64,000 nt of DNA from an uncultured Rhodobacteraceae bacterium (GCA_965657215.1 CBFHNR010000001.1:35146-99145); one strand, 5' to 3'; positions 20,786 through 32,071 are shown, numbered from the stretch's first letter. Translations and numbers: made by a program. The notes: generated from the sequence alone by a model not told the origin.

Positions 20786-21460
20786 ATGTATACGGTGATT
20801 TTTGATCTTGATGGAACTTTGGCTGATACCTCAGGGGATTTGATTGCATCGGCAAATGCCTGTTTTCGCGACATGGGGCATGGGGATGTTTTGGATCCCT
20901 TGGCGGATGCTGGAACCGCGCTTCGGGGCGGACGGGCGATGTTGCGCAAAGGGCTTGAAAAATTGGGACATGTCAATGATGAGGATTTGATTGATCGCTA
21001 TTATCCCGTTTTGCTCGAGGCCTATCGCAAGGACATAGATAAGCACACGCGGTTTTTTGACGGCGCTCTAGACGCGGTGGAGGTGTTAAAGGCAAGAGGT
21101 CATCGTGTTGGCATTTGCACGAACAAACCTGAGGGGCTTGCCCATCTCTTGCTAACGCGTTTGAACGTTTTGGATAGGTTTCACTCTTTGATTGGTGCGG
21201 ATACACTTGCGACCCGCAAGCCTGATGCGGCACCCTATATTGCAGCTGTGCAACGCGCGGGTGGCGTGGTGAGAAAATCCTGTTTGATCGGCGATACCAG
21301 AACCGATCGTGATACCGCGATAGCGGCGGGCGTGCCCTGTGTCCTCGTTGATTTTGGAGTGGGCGATCAGAATGTTTATGACATGGATGCAGAAGCCATC
21401 ATCAAAGATTTTGCAGATCTGCCCGCGATTATTGAGGCATGGCATCAGGCTGCGCAATAG
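20786..21460 (+). CDS. HAD-superfamily phosphoglycolate phosphatase-like hydrolase
   Basis: Start at MYTVIFDLDGTLADT (DxDGT motif). Later blocks are CTNKP and GDTRTD. Confidence 0.8.
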   Translation: MYTVIFDLDGTLADTSGDLIASANACFRDMGHGDVLDPLADAGTALRGGRAMLRKGLEKLGHVNDEDLIDRYYPVLLEAYRKDIDKHTRFFDGALDAVEVLKARGHRVGICTNKPEGLAHLLLTRLNVLDRFHSLIGADTLATRKPDAAPYIAAVQRAGGVVRKSCLIGDTRTDRDTAIAAGVPCVLVDFGVGDQNVYDMDAEAIIKDFADLPAIIEAWHQAAQ

Positions 21461-22754
21461 GGGCACAGATCAACGCCACGAGATCAGCGAACGCTAGCGT
21501 TTCGATGGACCAAACGAGGGTTTCAATGTGATCTGCGCGCGCCGTCCCAATCTTGTCATCTGCTAAGCTATGAAATTTCGCGCTGATGTCTGCGGCACTT
21601 GGGGGCGCTGTATGATCCCATTTTGGTTGATGCCAATCACTTGATACGCGCTGTCCATCTGTGAGCGTGATGTCAACTTTGGCATAGCGTTTCAGTGGGA
21701 AGGCCGCGTTGCAATGGGCATCCTCATGCATAGTGATAGCTTTGGACAAACGCTTAACTTCAGGATTATTCAGAGCGCTGTCTTTTAGAGACGCGGCTGT
21801 AATATCACCGTAAACCAAGGCAATCGCGGTCGGAAAGGATGTTGAGTATTGCGCTTCTTCGGTTGTTTTTGGCTCATTGCACGCAAGGCGGATGGACTCG
21901 TGAAAGGTTGTAATGTCGATTGATGAAATCTGAGACGGGTTTAGGTTATACTCTGATCTAAGCGAAAGAGCCGCCTCTATCGGGGCTTGTGCCCATCGGC
22001 AAACGGGATAGGGCTTGTAATATTGATCCAGCATATACCATTTTTCACCTAAATCGGCCCAATAGCTGTCGGCCTGTTCTACGATCAAGGAGGGCGCCCC
22101 TGTGAACCCCGAACGGGCCAGTTTGGCCGCCGATACGCCTGTCATTGCGCCCCAGCCTGATCCATCCTTGAGCATGGTGGGATAATCAATACAGCGCATC
22201 ATCTGACTACGGGGTCCATGATATTCAGCGATCCCAAGGGCATGGCGCGTGCTCTCATGATCAAGCCGCATCAACCGTGCCGCCGCCGCAGCGCAGGCAA
22301 CGGCGCCCCAGCTTCCTGATGTGTGGAAATCGTCTACAGTTCCATGTTGGGCCATAGCCGCGCGTGATCCGAATTCATACCCCATAAGCAGCGCGGCCAA
22401 GACGTCATGGCCTGAGCTGTTTTGTTCAATCGCGATGGGTAAAATGGCAGCAAATAGGGAACAGCCTATATGCCCTTTCGACGGATTGAACCCATCATGC
22501 CCATCTAATGCATCGATCCGCATACCCGCCGCAAGCGCAACGCCCGAGGCACTTGCTGTGTGCCCGTCAAAGAGCATGGCAATCGGACCTGCGAATTCCT
22601 CAGAGGCGTGATCTGCGATGATATGGGCAAGGCGCGTGTCCTCAGCTCCAATAGCAATTCCCAAGAGATCAAGTAGGGACATTTTTGCGCGCTCAACGAC
22701 GGGCGCTGGGGCATCCGTCAGCGAAAAATCGTGAATAAAGGGGATCGGATCCAT
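21429..22754 (-). CDS. MmgE/PrpD family protein
   Basis: About 441 aa starting at MDPIPFIHDF. Overall resemblance to the 2-methylcitrate dehydratase family. The upstream extension in the ORF track is rejected. Confidence 0.75.
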   Translation of the reverse strand: MDPIPFIHDFSLTDAPAPVVERAKMSLLDLLGIAIGAEDTRLAHIIADHASEEFAGPIAMLFDGHTASASGVALAAGMRIDALDGHDGFNPSKGHIGCSLFAAILPIAIEQNSSGHDVLAALLMGYEFGSRAAMAQHGTVDDFHTSGSWGAVACAAAAARLMRLDHESTRHALGIAEYHGPRSQMMRCIDYPTMLKDGSGWGAMTGVSAAKLARSGFTGAPSLIVEQADSYWADLGEKWYMLDQYYKPYPVCRWAQAPIEAALSLRSEYNLNPSQISSIDITTFHESIRLACNEPKTTEEAQYSTSFPTAIALVYGDITAASLKDSALNNPEVKRLSKAITMHEDAHCNAAFPLKRYAKVDITLTDGQRVSSDWHQPKWDHTAPPSAADISAKFHSLADDKIGTARADHIETLVWSIETLAFADLVALICAPIAQPDAMPQ

Positions 22755-22887
22755 ATATGGCCTCGCTCTGTTTGGGACTAGTCTGCGCGAATTTAGGGCG
22801 CTGTCCAGTCTGACTGCGACTTGAAATTTTACATCCATGTCGTGCATCGACGTTGACGGAGTGGATCTCATGCGGCATCACTTCGGC

Positions 22888-24078
22888 ATGACTGAGATAT
22901 TTACTGGTAATTTTACCCAACAAGAACCCATCCCAGAAGAGGCCATTGAGGCCGCCGTGGCGGTCCTGCGCTCGGGTCGGTTGCATCGCTATAATGTCGC
23001 CGCAGGGGACGCAGGTGAGGTCGCCTTATTGGAACAAGAATTCGCCGACATGATGGGGGCGAAATATTGCTTGGCTGTGGCCTCAGGTGGCTACGCCATG
23101 GCAACGGCTTTGCGCGCGCTTGGGATTGGCGCAGGGGATAAGGTTTTGACGAATGCCTTTACCCTCGCGCCCGTGCCTGGGTCCATTGCCTCTGTTGGGG
23201 CGGTGCCAGTCTTTGTTGGTGTGACTGAGGATTTGGTTATTGACCTTCATGATCTTGAGGCGAAAGCCAATCAAGCGGATGTCTTGATGCTGAGCCATAT
23301 GCGGGGGCATCTTTGTGATATGGATCGTTTGCTAGAGATTTGTGAGCGCCATAATATCCAAGTGATTGAGGATTGCGCCCATACGATGGGAGCAAAGTGG
23401 AAAACCCGCTGGTCAGGACGTGATGGGGTCATTGGGTGTTATTCGACACAGACCTATAAGCACGTGAATTCGGGCGAGGGTGGTTTGTTCATCACTGATG
23501 ATCCCGAAATCATGGCACGGGCCACGATGTTGTCAGGCTCTTATATGCTATTTGAAAAACACCTCGCGGCGCCTGATCCTGAGGTGTTTGCAGAGATTAA
23601 ATATCAAACGCCCAATGTCTCGGGTCGTATGGATCATTTGAGGGCCGCTATTTTACGTCCACAGTTGCGTGATCTACACACCCAATGCGCGCGCTGGAAT
23701 GATCGGTATCAAACACTTGAAGCAGAGCTGCGGGGATGCAACGGATTAACTGTGATCACGAGGCCGCCCGAGGAAACCTATGTCGGATCATCGCTTCAGT
23801 TTTTGCTGTTGGATTGGTCGGATGCCGACATAGAAGCCTTTGTGACGGGATGCGCGGCGCGAGGCGTTGAATTGAAATGGTTCGGCGGCGCGGAACCTGT
23901 TGGATTTACATCGCGCTACGACAGTTGGCGCTATGCACCCTCGCAGCCCATGCCCGAAACGGATCGCATCCTGAAGGGGATCATTGATATTCGCTTGCCT
24001 TTGACCTTTAGCCTTGAGGATTGCCAAGTGATTGGTCGGATCATTAAGGACGAAGTCGGCAAGGCCAAAGCCGCCTAA
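22888..24078 (+). CDS. DegT/DnrJ/EryC1/StrS-type PLP-dependent aminotransferase
   Basis: About 396 aa with the PLP-lysine block STQTYKHVNSGEGG. Start taken at MTEIFTGNF. Confidence 0.78.
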   Translation: MTEIFTGNFTQQEPIPEEAIEAAVAVLRSGRLHRYNVAAGDAGEVALLEQEFADMMGAKYCLAVASGGYAMATALRALGIGAGDKVLTNAFTLAPVPGSIASVGAVPVFVGVTEDLVIDLHDLEAKANQADVLMLSHMRGHLCDMDRLLEICERHNIQVIEDCAHTMGAKWKTRWSGRDGVIGCYSTQTYKHVNSGEGGLFITDDPEIMARATMLSGSYMLFEKHLAAPDPEVFAEIKYQTPNVSGRMDHLRAAILRPQLRDLHTQCARWNDRYQTLEAELRGCNGLTVITRPPEETYVGSSLQFLLLDWSDADIEAFVTGCAARGVELKWFGGAEPVGFTSRYDSWRYAPSQPMPETDRILKGIIDIRLPLTFSLEDCQVIGRIIKDEVGKAKAA

Positions 24079-24983
24079 GTGATGTCAATCGCGTCCTGTT
24101 CCGCTTTGGACTGGGGTTCGACGTGGATATGCGGGCGTACATTTGGAATTTCGCGTTCTAACGCCAGCTCAATCTTGTCACAGAGATCATGCGCGTCACG
24201 CACTAGCATATCGCCTGGTACAACGAGGTGAAATTCAACAAAGGTTACTTGCCCCGCTTGACGGGTGCGTAGGTCATGAGCTTGAAGAGCGCCGCCCCCT
24301 GCATTTGAAATGACAGTGATTACTTTATCCAATAACTCATCAGGGGCGGCTTCGTCCATTAATCCCCCCAAGGAATCCTTGATGAGATGCCCGCCAGACC
24401 ACAAAATTTGTAAGGCGACTAACACCGCGATGATCGGGTCCAAGATCCAGTAGCCTGTGACATACGCTAAGCTCACACCAATCACCACGCCAAATGACGA
24501 AATCACGTCGCTTCTGAGGTGTTTGCCATCTGCAATGAGGGCAGGCGAGCGCAACATGCGCCCCCGTTTGAGCAATATCCAACACCAGACCCCATTGATC
24601 ACACCTGCCATCAGATTGAGCCCGAGGCCGACATCAACAGAGAGAACCTCTTGAGGATTGTCAAAGGCGAAATATGCGGATTGAAGAATGAAGATCGCCG
24701 CCAAAATGATCAAAACACCTTCAAGAATGGCGCTGACGAGTTCGGCTTTGTGATGTCCATAGGGATGATTGCCATCAGCTGGAACAGCGGCCCATTTAAC
24801 AGCGAGGATTACCGCGATGGCGGAGGCGACGTTCACCACACTTTCCAAAGCATCCGAAAACAAGGCCACAGAGCCCGTGATCCAATAGGCCGCAAATTTT
24901 AGACACAGCACGAGCGCCGCGATCAGCAAGCTCCCCAAAGCAAGGCGAATAACTGGTGTCATAACTGAGCGTCCTTTAGTCAT
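24075..24983 (-). CDS. cation diffusion facilitator family transporter
   Basis: Six TM helices, the SDALESVVNV and HLRSDVISS metal-site blocks, and a C-terminal cytoplasmic domain. The start is ambiguous (24983 or 24962). Confidence 0.85.
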   Translation of the reverse strand: MTKGRSVMTPVIRLALGSLLIAALVLCLKFAAYWITGSVALFSDALESVVNVASAIAVILAVKWAAVPADGNHPYGHHKAELVSAILEGVLIILAAIFILQSAYFAFDNPQEVLSVDVGLGLNLMAGVINGVWCWILLKRGRMLRSPALIADGKHLRSDVISSFGVVIGVSLAYVTGYWILDPIIAVLVALQILWSGGHLIKDSLGGLMDEAAPDELLDKVITVISNAGGGALQAHDLRTRQAGQVTFVEFHLVVPGDMLVRDAHDLCDKIELALEREIPNVRPHIHVEPQSKAEQDAIDIT

Positions 24984-25113
24984 GTCCCTTGTTGCATCCT
25001 CACGCAAGGCTATCAACCCTCTATACGACGTAAGGTTCTTGCGACTTTTGCTTGACGCATAAAAGGCAAGGGTTTTAACTATTGAACAAGCGTTCAATAA
25101 AAAGGAGGGTCAG

Positions 25114-26277
25114 ATGTTTCTAGGCTCGATGACATTTGATTTAGGCGAGGATACCAATGCGTTGCGCGATGTTGTGCATCGTTGGGCCCAAGATCGCGTC
25201 AAACCGATTGCAGCGAAAATTGACACAGATAACATTTTTCCTTCCGCACTTTGGGCCGAAATGGGGGACCTTGGCTTGCTGGGGATCACGGTGGATGAGG
25301 ACTTTGGTGGTGCGAATATGGGCTATCTGGCGCATACCGTTGCTGTTGAAGAAATCGCACGCGCCAGTGCCAGTGTGAGCTTGTCCTATGGGGCGCATTC
25401 AAACCTTTGTGTCAATCAGATCAATTTGAACGGAACACCTGAGCAAAAGGCCAAGTTCCTTCCAAAGCTGATTAGCGGCGAACATGTGGGTGCTTTGGCG
25501 ATGTCAGAACCCTCTGCGGGATCAGACGTTGTATCGATGCAATTATCGGCCGAAAAACGGAACGGGTATTATCGCCTGAACGGGAATAAATATTGGATCA
25601 CCAATGGCCCTGATGCGGAGACCTTAGTTGTTTATGCAAAAACAGACATGTCCGCAGGGTCCAAGGGGATTACGGCATTTTTGATTGAACGCTCAATGAC
25701 CGGGTTTTCCACGTCGCCTCATTTTGACAAATTGGGGATGCGCGGATCAAACACAGCGGAATTGATCTTTGATGATGTCGAAGTGCCTTTTGAAAATGTT
25801 CTCGGCGAAGAGGGCAAAGGCGTCCGCGTTTTGATGTCGGGTTTGGATTATGAGCGTGTTGTCCTCGCGGGGATCGGCACAGGCATTATGGCGGCCTGTT
25901 TGGATGAAATCATGCCCTATATGGTAGAGCGGAAACAATTCGGTCAAAGCATCGGAGATTTCCAGCTGATGCAAGGGAAAATGGCGGATATGTATACGGC
26001 TCTAAATACAGCGCGCGCCTATGTCTATGAGGTGGCCAAAGCCTGTGATCGCGGCGATGTCACACGCCAAGACGCCGCCGCCTGTGTTCTCTATTCCAGC
26101 GAAGAAGCGATGAAAGTCGCCCATCAAGCGGTGCAAGCCATGGGGGGAGCGGGCTATTTGAACGATCACCCCGTCGGGCGGATTTTTAGGGATGCGAAGC
26201 TTATGGAAATAGGAGCAGGGACATCGGAAATCCGCCGTATGCTGATTGGGCGTGAAATGATGGGCATGATGCGCTGA
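25114..26277 (+). CDS. ivd: isovaleryl-CoA dehydrogenase
   Basis: 387-aa acyl-CoA dehydrogenase with an IVD-type N-terminus ([12 protein letters not shown]...). Sits next to the methylcrotonyl-CoA carboxylase genes. Confidence 0.9.
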   Translation: MFLGSMTFDLGEDTNALRDVVHRWAQDRVKPIAAKIDTDNIFPSALWAEMGDLGLLGITVDEDFGGANMGYLAHTVAVEEIARASASVSLSYGAHSNLCVNQINLNGTPEQKAKFLPKLISGEHVGALAMSEPSAGSDVVSMQLSAEKRNGYYRLNGNKYWITNGPDAETLVVYAKTDMSAGSKGITAFLIERSMTGFSTSPHFDKLGMRGSNTAELIFDDVEVPFENVLGEEGKGVRVLMSGLDYERVVLAGIGTGIMAACLDEIMPYMVERKQFGQSIGDFQLMQGKMADMYTALNTARAYVYEVAKACDRGDVTRQDAAACVLYSSEEAMKVAHQAVQAMGGAGYLNDHPVGRIFRDAKLMEIGAGTSEIRRMLIGREMMGMMR

Positions 26278-26279
26278 TC

Positions 26280-26594
26280 ATGGCAATGATGTCTGCAAAA
26301 CGCATTATCCTGATCCTCTGTCTGATTGCGGCGGCGATAGGGCTTCGCTTGGGGCTAAAAACTGCGCGATTGACGGAGACAGATATCATTGATCACTATG
26401 TGTCGGTCTATTTGGATCAACAACTGAGAGCGGAGCAAGTTGCAGATAGTTCGGAGTGTTTTGCAAAACAGGGGCGGCATTTTTGGGAACGCATGCGCGT
26501 GATCTGTCAAGATCGCGACGGGGCGCAACATCTGTTTTCGGTCGGTCCTTGGGGGCAGGCGCTGAGCTATACCAAAGAGGGTGGCTCCTTATGA
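26280..26594 (+). CDS. hypothetical small membrane-anchored protein
   Basis: 104 aa with one N-terminal TM helix (IILILCLIAAAIGL). The start is 2 nt after the ivd stop, and the stop overlaps the next start (ATGA). Confidence 0.5.
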   Translation: MAMMSAKRIILILCLIAAAIGLRLGLKTARLTETDIIDHYVSVYLDQQLRAEQVADSSECFAKQGRHFWERMRVICQDRDGAQHLFSVGPWGQALSYTKEGGSL

Positions 26595-28162
26595 CATCAA
26601 TGGGCTTTTCCTCTTATGATGATGCTATCGCTCAATTCAATTGGGATATTCCTGAGGACTTAAACATGGCCGTTCAGGTTTGTGATTTTTGGGCGGAACT
26701 CGATCCAGACCGCATCGCCATTATCGAAGCACATGATCCCCAAGCGCAACAGGCGATCACATTTGCCACGCTGCGCCGTATGGCGGATACATTGGCCTAT
26801 CACTTGCGCGACATTGGCGTTGCCAAAGGAGATCGCGTTGGCGTTTTGCGGTCGCAATCCGCATGGACCGCGGCGGCTCATATCGCGATTTGGAAGCTTG
26901 GGGCGATTTCGATCCCCTTGTTCAAACTCTTTGGTCCCGATGCCTTGGAAACGCGCTTAAGGGATGCTGAGGCAAAGCTTGTCATAACGGACCCTGAGGG
27001 GCACGCAGGATTGGATGATACAGTTTGGCAAACCCTTGTCCCAGAAGAGATGCCTCTTCGTTCAGAGCCGTTTGACACAGCAGACACATCCTCCCAAGAC
27101 CCCGCGGTCCTGATCTATACCTCAGGGACAACGGGTGCACCCAAGGGCGCCTTGCATGCGCATCGCGTCTTGGTTGGGCATATGCCAGGTGTTGTTATGT
27201 CCCACGATGGATTGGGACAGGGGGGCGATTGCCTCTGGACCCCTGCGGATTGGGCGTGGATTGGGGGGCTGTTCGATGTCTTGATGGTGGGTCTAGCGCT
27301 GGGCGTCCCTGTTGTGGGCGCGCGGGCGGATAAGTTTTCCGCCCCCTATTGCAGCACCTTATTGGCCAATGTGCCGATCAAAAATATCTTTTTCCCACCC
27401 ACGTCCTTGCGCCTTCTGAAGGCTGCGGGATTTAGTGCCAAGGGAGTGCGCTCCGTGGCTTCTGGTGGGGAACCACTGGGGGCGGAAATGCTTGGCTGGG
27501 GACAAGAGGCGCTGGGCGTGACGATCAATGAATTTTACGGCCAAACGGAATGCAATATGGTGGCTTCAAGTGCCGCCAATTGGTTTGCCCCCAAAGCAAA
27601 TTGTATTGGCAAAGCGGTGCCTGGATTTACCTTGGCTGTTTTGGATGAGGCTGGGCGTGAAACCGATCAAGAAGGCAACATCGCCGTTCATTCCTCGGCG
27701 CCGAGCCTCATGCTGAGATATTGGAACAAGCCAGAGCAAACCCGTGAGAAATTCATAGGCGACTGGATGCTCACAGGGGACAGAGGTGTTTGGGACGGCG
27801 ATTACTTGCGCTTTGTGGGGCGCGAGGATGATGTGATTACGTCATCAGGTTATCGCATTGGACCCTCTGAAATTGAGGACTGTCTTTTGCAACACCCTGC
27901 TGTTGCGACCGTGGGAGTGATTGGCAAGCCTGATGAAACGCGCACGGAAATTGTAAAAGCCTATGTTGTTCTCAAACCCGAAGTGGCGCCAAGTGATGCG
28001 CTCAAGCAAGAGCTAATTGACCATGTAAAACAAAAGCTTGCACGCCATTCTTATCCTAGAGAATTAGAATTTATTAACGCCCTGCCAATGACTGTTACAG
28101 GCAAAGTCATTCGCAAAGAGCTTAAGGCGCGGGCGATCCGCGAAACGGAGAACCCTCAATGA
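26591..28162 (+). CDS. AMP-dependent acyl-CoA synthetase/ligase
   Basis: Start at [14 protein letters not shown]-binding motif [11 protein letters not shown] and a C-terminal ...GKVIRKELK. The extension back to 26456 is rejected. Confidence 0.88.
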   Translation: MTSMGFSSYDDAIAQFNWDIPEDLNMAVQVCDFWAELDPDRIAIIEAHDPQAQQAITFATLRRMADTLAYHLRDIGVAKGDRVGVLRSQSAWTAAAHIAIWKLGAISIPLFKLFGPDALETRLRDAEAKLVITDPEGHAGLDDTVWQTLVPEEMPLRSEPFDTADTSSQDPAVLIYTSGTTGAPKGALHAHRVLVGHMPGVVMSHDGLGQGGDCLWTPADWAWIGGLFDVLMVGLALGVPVVGARADKFSAPYCSTLLANVPIKNIFFPPTSLRLLKAAGFSAKGVRSVASGGEPLGAEMLGWGQEALGVTINEFYGQTECNMVASSAANWFAPKANCIGKAVPGFTLAVLDEAGRETDQEGNIAVHSSAPSLMLRYWNKPEQTREKFIGDWMLTGDRGVWDGDYLRFVGREDDVITSSGYRIGPSEIEDCLLQHPAVATVGVIGKPDETRTEIVKAYVVLKPEVAPSDALKQELIDHVKQKLARHSYPRELEFINALPMTVTGKVIRKELKARAIRETENPQ

Positions 28163-29763
28163 AACTTCGCTCAAACATTACACCCTCATCCCAAGAGTTC
28201 AAAGCCAACCAAGCGGCGCATTTAGAAGCCTTGGCCGACATCCAAGAGGTCGCTCAGGCAGCCGCCCTTGGGGGTGGTGAAAAATCGCGAGAGCGCCATC
28301 AATCCCGTGGAAAAATGTTACCGCGAGATCGGATTTCAAACCTGCTTGATCCGGGGTCTTGGTTTTTAGAAATCGGGGCAACGGCGGCACATGGGCTATA
28401 TGGGGGTGATGCGCCTTGTGCTGGGGTGATTGCAGGCATCGGCCTTATTCACGGTCAAGAGTGCATGGTCATTTGCAACGACGCGACGGTCAAGGGCGGA
28501 ACCTATTACCCGGTGAGCGTCAAAAAACATCTGCGCGCGCAAGAAATAGCACAGGAAAACAGACTTCCTTGCGTCTATCTTGTGGATAGTGGCGGGGCCA
28601 ACCTTCCTAATCAGGATGAGGTGTTTCCAGATCGGGATCATTTTGGTCGCATCTTTTATAACCAAGCCCATATGAGCGCCAAGGGAATCGCGCAAATTGC
28701 TGTCGTGATGGGATCTTGTACGGCAGGGGGGGCTTATGTCCCTGCGATGTCGGATGTGACTATCATTGTCAAAGAGCAGGGAACCATCTTTTTAGCAGGT
28801 CCGCCTTTGGTCAAGGCGGCGACTGGCGAAGTTGTCAGTGCCGAAGATCTGGGCGGTGGGGATGTGCATACGCGTCTCTCGGGTGTTGCGGATTATCTGG
28901 CAGAAGATGACGCGCATGCACTTGCCTTGGCGCGTCGCGCTGTATCACATTTGAATCGCCCTCGGGTGGACAATGTGACGTGGCAATCCCCAGAAGACCC
29001 AGCCTATGACCCAGTGGAAATCTTGGGCGTTGTGCCAACAGATCTGCGAACGCCTTATGACATCCGCGAAGTGATTGCGCGATTGGTGGATGGATCCCGA
29101 TTTGATGAATTCAAACCGCGTTTTGGCGAAACCTTGGTCACAGGGTTTGCGCATGTCAAAGGCTGTCCTATTGGGATCGTCGCAAATAACGGTGTGCTCT
29201 TTAGTGAGGCCGCGCAAAAGGGCGCGCATTTTATTGAGCTGTGCTCACAACGGAAAATTCCCCTCGTGTTCTTGCAAAATATCACGGGGTTCATGGTTGG
29301 GCAGAAATACGAAAACGAAGGCATCGCGCGCCATGGGGCGAAAATGGTCACCGCCGTTGCAACGACCTCAGTACCAAAGATTACCATGCTCGTTGGTGGC
29401 TCCTTTGGGGCGGGCAATTACGGTATGGCGGGGCGGGCCTATCAGCCACGGTTTTTGTGGAGCTGGCCCAATAGCCGTATTTCCGTCATGGGGGGCGCAC
29501 AGGCGGCTGGTGTTCTCGCAACGCTCAAACGCGACAGTATCGAGCGCGCAGGGCAGTCTTGGTCCGCAGAAGACGAGGCTGCGTTCAAACAGCCCACGCT
29601 TGATATGTTTGAGGAACAAAGCCATCCCCTTTATGCCTCAGCGCGCCTGTGGGATGATGGAATTATCGATCCGCGCAAAAGCCGAGAAGTGCTGTATCTG
29701 TCGTTAAAAGTTGCTCTGAATGCTCCGATTGAAGAGACGCGCTTTGGCGTGTTTCGGATGTAG
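28159..29763 (+). CDS. mccB: methylcrotonoyl-CoA carboxylase carboxyltransferase (beta) subunit
   Basis: 534-aa carboxyltransferase domain protein with an MCC-beta-type N-terminus (...[16 protein letters not shown]). ATGA overlap with the upstream gene. Confidence 0.9.
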   Translation: MKLRSNITPSSQEFKANQAAHLEALADIQEVAQAAALGGGEKSRERHQSRGKMLPRDRISNLLDPGSWFLEIGATAAHGLYGGDAPCAGVIAGIGLIHGQECMVICNDATVKGGTYYPVSVKKHLRAQEIAQENRLPCVYLVDSGGANLPNQDEVFPDRDHFGRIFYNQAHMSAKGIAQIAVVMGSCTAGGAYVPAMSDVTIIVKEQGTIFLAGPPLVKAATGEVVSAEDLGGGDVHTRLSGVADYLAEDDAHALALARRAVSHLNRPRVDNVTWQSPEDPAYDPVEILGVVPTDLRTPYDIREVIARLVDGSRFDEFKPRFGETLVTGFAHVKGCPIGIVANNGVLFSEAAQKGAHFIELCSQRKIPLVFLQNITGFMVGQKYENEGIARHGAKMVTAVATTSVPKITMLVGGSFGAGNYGMAGRAYQPRFLWSWPNSRISVMGGAQAAGVLATLKRDSIERAGQSWSAEDEAAFKQPTLDMFEEQSHPLYASARLWDDGIIDPRKSREVLYLSLKVALNAPIEETRFGVFRM

Positions 29764-29844
29764 ACCAAGGGTTGGTTGAGATGGTGCATTTTGAGTATTT
29801 TTGCAAAGATGAAGTCAGCGGCCTTTGTGCGCAAGGAGATGGTT

Positions 29845-31785
29845 ATGTTCAATAAAATCTTGATTGCCAATCGCGGGGAAATTGCCTGTCGGATTATTAA
29901 AACAGCGCGTCGGCTTGGGTGCAAAACTGTGGCTGTTTATTCTGATGTGGATGCAAAGGCATTGCATGTGGCACAGGCAGATGAGGCTGTGTGCATTGGC
30001 TCAGCTCTCCCCTCCGAAAGCTATTTGCGAATTGACAAGATCATAGAGGCGGCGCGCGCAACCGGCGCCGAGGCTATTCATCCGGGCTATGGGTTTTTGT
30101 CCGAAAACCCAGAGTTTGTAGAGGCGATAGAGGCGGCTAGATTAACCTTCATCGGGCCCTTTGCCAAGGCAATTCGTGCAATGGGATTAAAGGATGCGGC
30201 CAAAGCGGTGATGGAGCAAGCAGGCGTGCCTGTTGTCCCAGGCTATCACGGCGAGGATCAATCTGATCATGTGTTAGTCAAAGAAGCGGATCGCATTGGC
30301 TATCCTGTGTTGATCAAAGCGGTTGCTGGAGGCGGTGGCAAGGGCATGCGCCGTGTGGAGGCGCCGTCTCAGTTTGCCGATGCATTGGCATCCGCGCGCA
30401 ATGAGGCCGCTTCAGCTTTTGGAAATTCGGATGTTTTGGTTGAGAAGTACATTCAAACACCGCGCCATATTGAAGTTCAAGTCTTTGGGGACGGAACAGA
30501 GGCCATTCACTTGTTTGAGCGCGATTGTTCGTTGCAGCGACGTCATCAAAAAGTGATTGAAGAAGCGCCCGCACCCGGAATGACAGAGGCCGTTCGCGCG
30601 GCAATGGGGCAGGCGGCCGTGCGCGCGGCGAAGGCCATTGGATATTCTGGTGCGGGGACTGTTGAATTTATCGTTGATGCCAGTGATGGGATCCGAGAGG
30701 ACGGGTTTTGGTTCATGGAGATGAACACCCGTTTGCAAGTCGAACATCCCGTGACCGAAGCAATCACAGGGCTTGATCTGGTTGAAATGCAACTGCGTGT
30801 GGCATCGGGGGAACCGCTGATGGTGGCGCAAAAGGATGTCGCGATGAACGGACATGCTTTTGAAGCGCGGATTTATGCAGAAGACGTGCCTGCGGGGTTT
30901 TTGCCTGCGATAGGCGATTTAGAACATCTCAGCTTTGGTGAAGGTGTTCGGGTGGACACGGGGGTTCAAGCGGGGGATCGCATTTCGCCCTTTTATGATC
31001 CGATGATTGCCAAAGTGATTTCACATGCGCAGACACGCGAGGCGGCATTGACGCAAATGGCGCGCGCATTGGAGCATACCGAAATTGCGGGAACGGTAAC
31101 TAATATCGCCTTTTTGGGTAATCTCTGTCGTCATCCTACGTTTCAGCAGGGGCAGATGGATACCGGCCTCATAGACCGCGACCTTGATCAGTTGATCGAA
31201 ACAAGCACACTCACTCCGCGCGCAGTGGGCGCAGCTTTGTTGACTTATCTCGCGCCTCATCCTCAAGAGGCACGTGGGTTCACCATTTGGGATCCCTTGT
31301 GGCAGGAAGCCGCGTTTGATGTTGATGGCGAGGTCGTCACTATTCCCTATCAGTTAAGTGATCAGACGTTACGCTTTACATTTGAGACCCAAGACCACGA
31401 GCTTGATCTGACCAAAGGCCCCGTTCGCCTTGAAGGACAATCATTGCCGCGATGTTATCTGAGCTCGGCTAGGATCACTGTTTTCGACAACCCCGCCATT
31501 GAGTTTGGCGTGATTGATCCACTTGATCGCGACGTTGACGGTTATGACAATGGGAATTCAGTCATCTCCCCCATGCCTGGTCTCATTGCGGCGGTGATGG
31601 TTGAGGCGGGTCAATGGGTGCAAGACGGCGATGTATTGGTGGTTTTGGAAGCCATGAAAATGGAGCAACGTTTGTGTGCCTCTAAAGACGGTCACATTGA
31701 GGAGGTGTTGTGCGCGCCAGGCGAGCAAGTCGAAGCCGGGGCACAGTTGATTGTGTTTGCTCAAAGTGAGGCCGACTCAACCTGA
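29845..31785 (+). CDS. mccA: methylcrotonoyl-CoA carboxylase biotin-carrying (alpha) subunit
   Basis: Start at MFNKILIANRGEIACR. Biotin carboxylase domain plus the C-terminal biotinylation motif EAMKME. Confidence 0.9.
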   Translation: MFNKILIANRGEIACRIIKTARRLGCKTVAVYSDVDAKALHVAQADEAVCIGSALPSESYLRIDKIIEAARATGAEAIHPGYGFLSENPEFVEAIEAARLTFIGPFAKAIRAMGLKDAAKAVMEQAGVPVVPGYHGEDQSDHVLVKEADRIGYPVLIKAVAGGGGKGMRRVEAPSQFADALASARNEAASAFGNSDVLVEKYIQTPRHIEVQVFGDGTEAIHLFERDCSLQRRHQKVIEEAPAPGMTEAVRAAMGQAAVRAAKAIGYSGAGTVEFIVDASDGIREDGFWFMEMNTRLQVEHPVTEAITGLDLVEMQLRVASGEPLMVAQKDVAMNGHAFEARIYAEDVPAGFLPAIGDLEHLSFGEGVRVDTGVQAGDRISPFYDPMIAKVISHAQTREAALTQMARALEHTEIAGTVTNIAFLGNLCRHPTFQQGQMDTGLIDRDLDQLIETSTLTPRAVGAALLTYLAPHPQEARGFTIWDPLWQEAAFDVDGEVVTIPYQLSDQTLRFTFETQDHELDLTKGPVRLEGQSLPRCYLSSARITVFDNPAIEFGVIDPLDRDVDGYDNGNSVISPMPGLIAAVMVEAGQWVQDGDVLVVLEAMKMEQRLCASKDGHIEEVLCAPGEQVEAGAQLIVFAQSEADST

Positions 31786-31987
31786 TCAAATCTGCGAAAA
31801 TTAGGCTCAAATGGGCGATTATCCAAAATAGTCAAAAATTTAATCTTCAGCCCCTTTGGATATTTAAAATTTTTATCAAACGGGATTCTTGGTTATTTCC
31901 TCTAAAATAGCGAATTTTTCAGTATACCATGACATACAATGCCGTTTTTGAGGACATATACTTAAAACTGAATGTGTTCAGTCGTTG

Positions 31988-32016
31988 TTGACCCCAAGCG
32001 CTGACGGGGCTAAACC
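31988..32016 (+). promoter_or_regulatory. candidate sigma-70-type promoter for the nuo operon
   Basis: TTGACC-N17-TAAACC lies about 55 nt upstream of nuoA, at the end of an AT-rich 285-bp spacer. Pattern match only. Confidence 0.25.
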
Positions 32017-32071
32017 ACGCCCGAGCCAATACGCAACGCAACAAATGTTGTGCGCATGAAAGGAGCCATCT

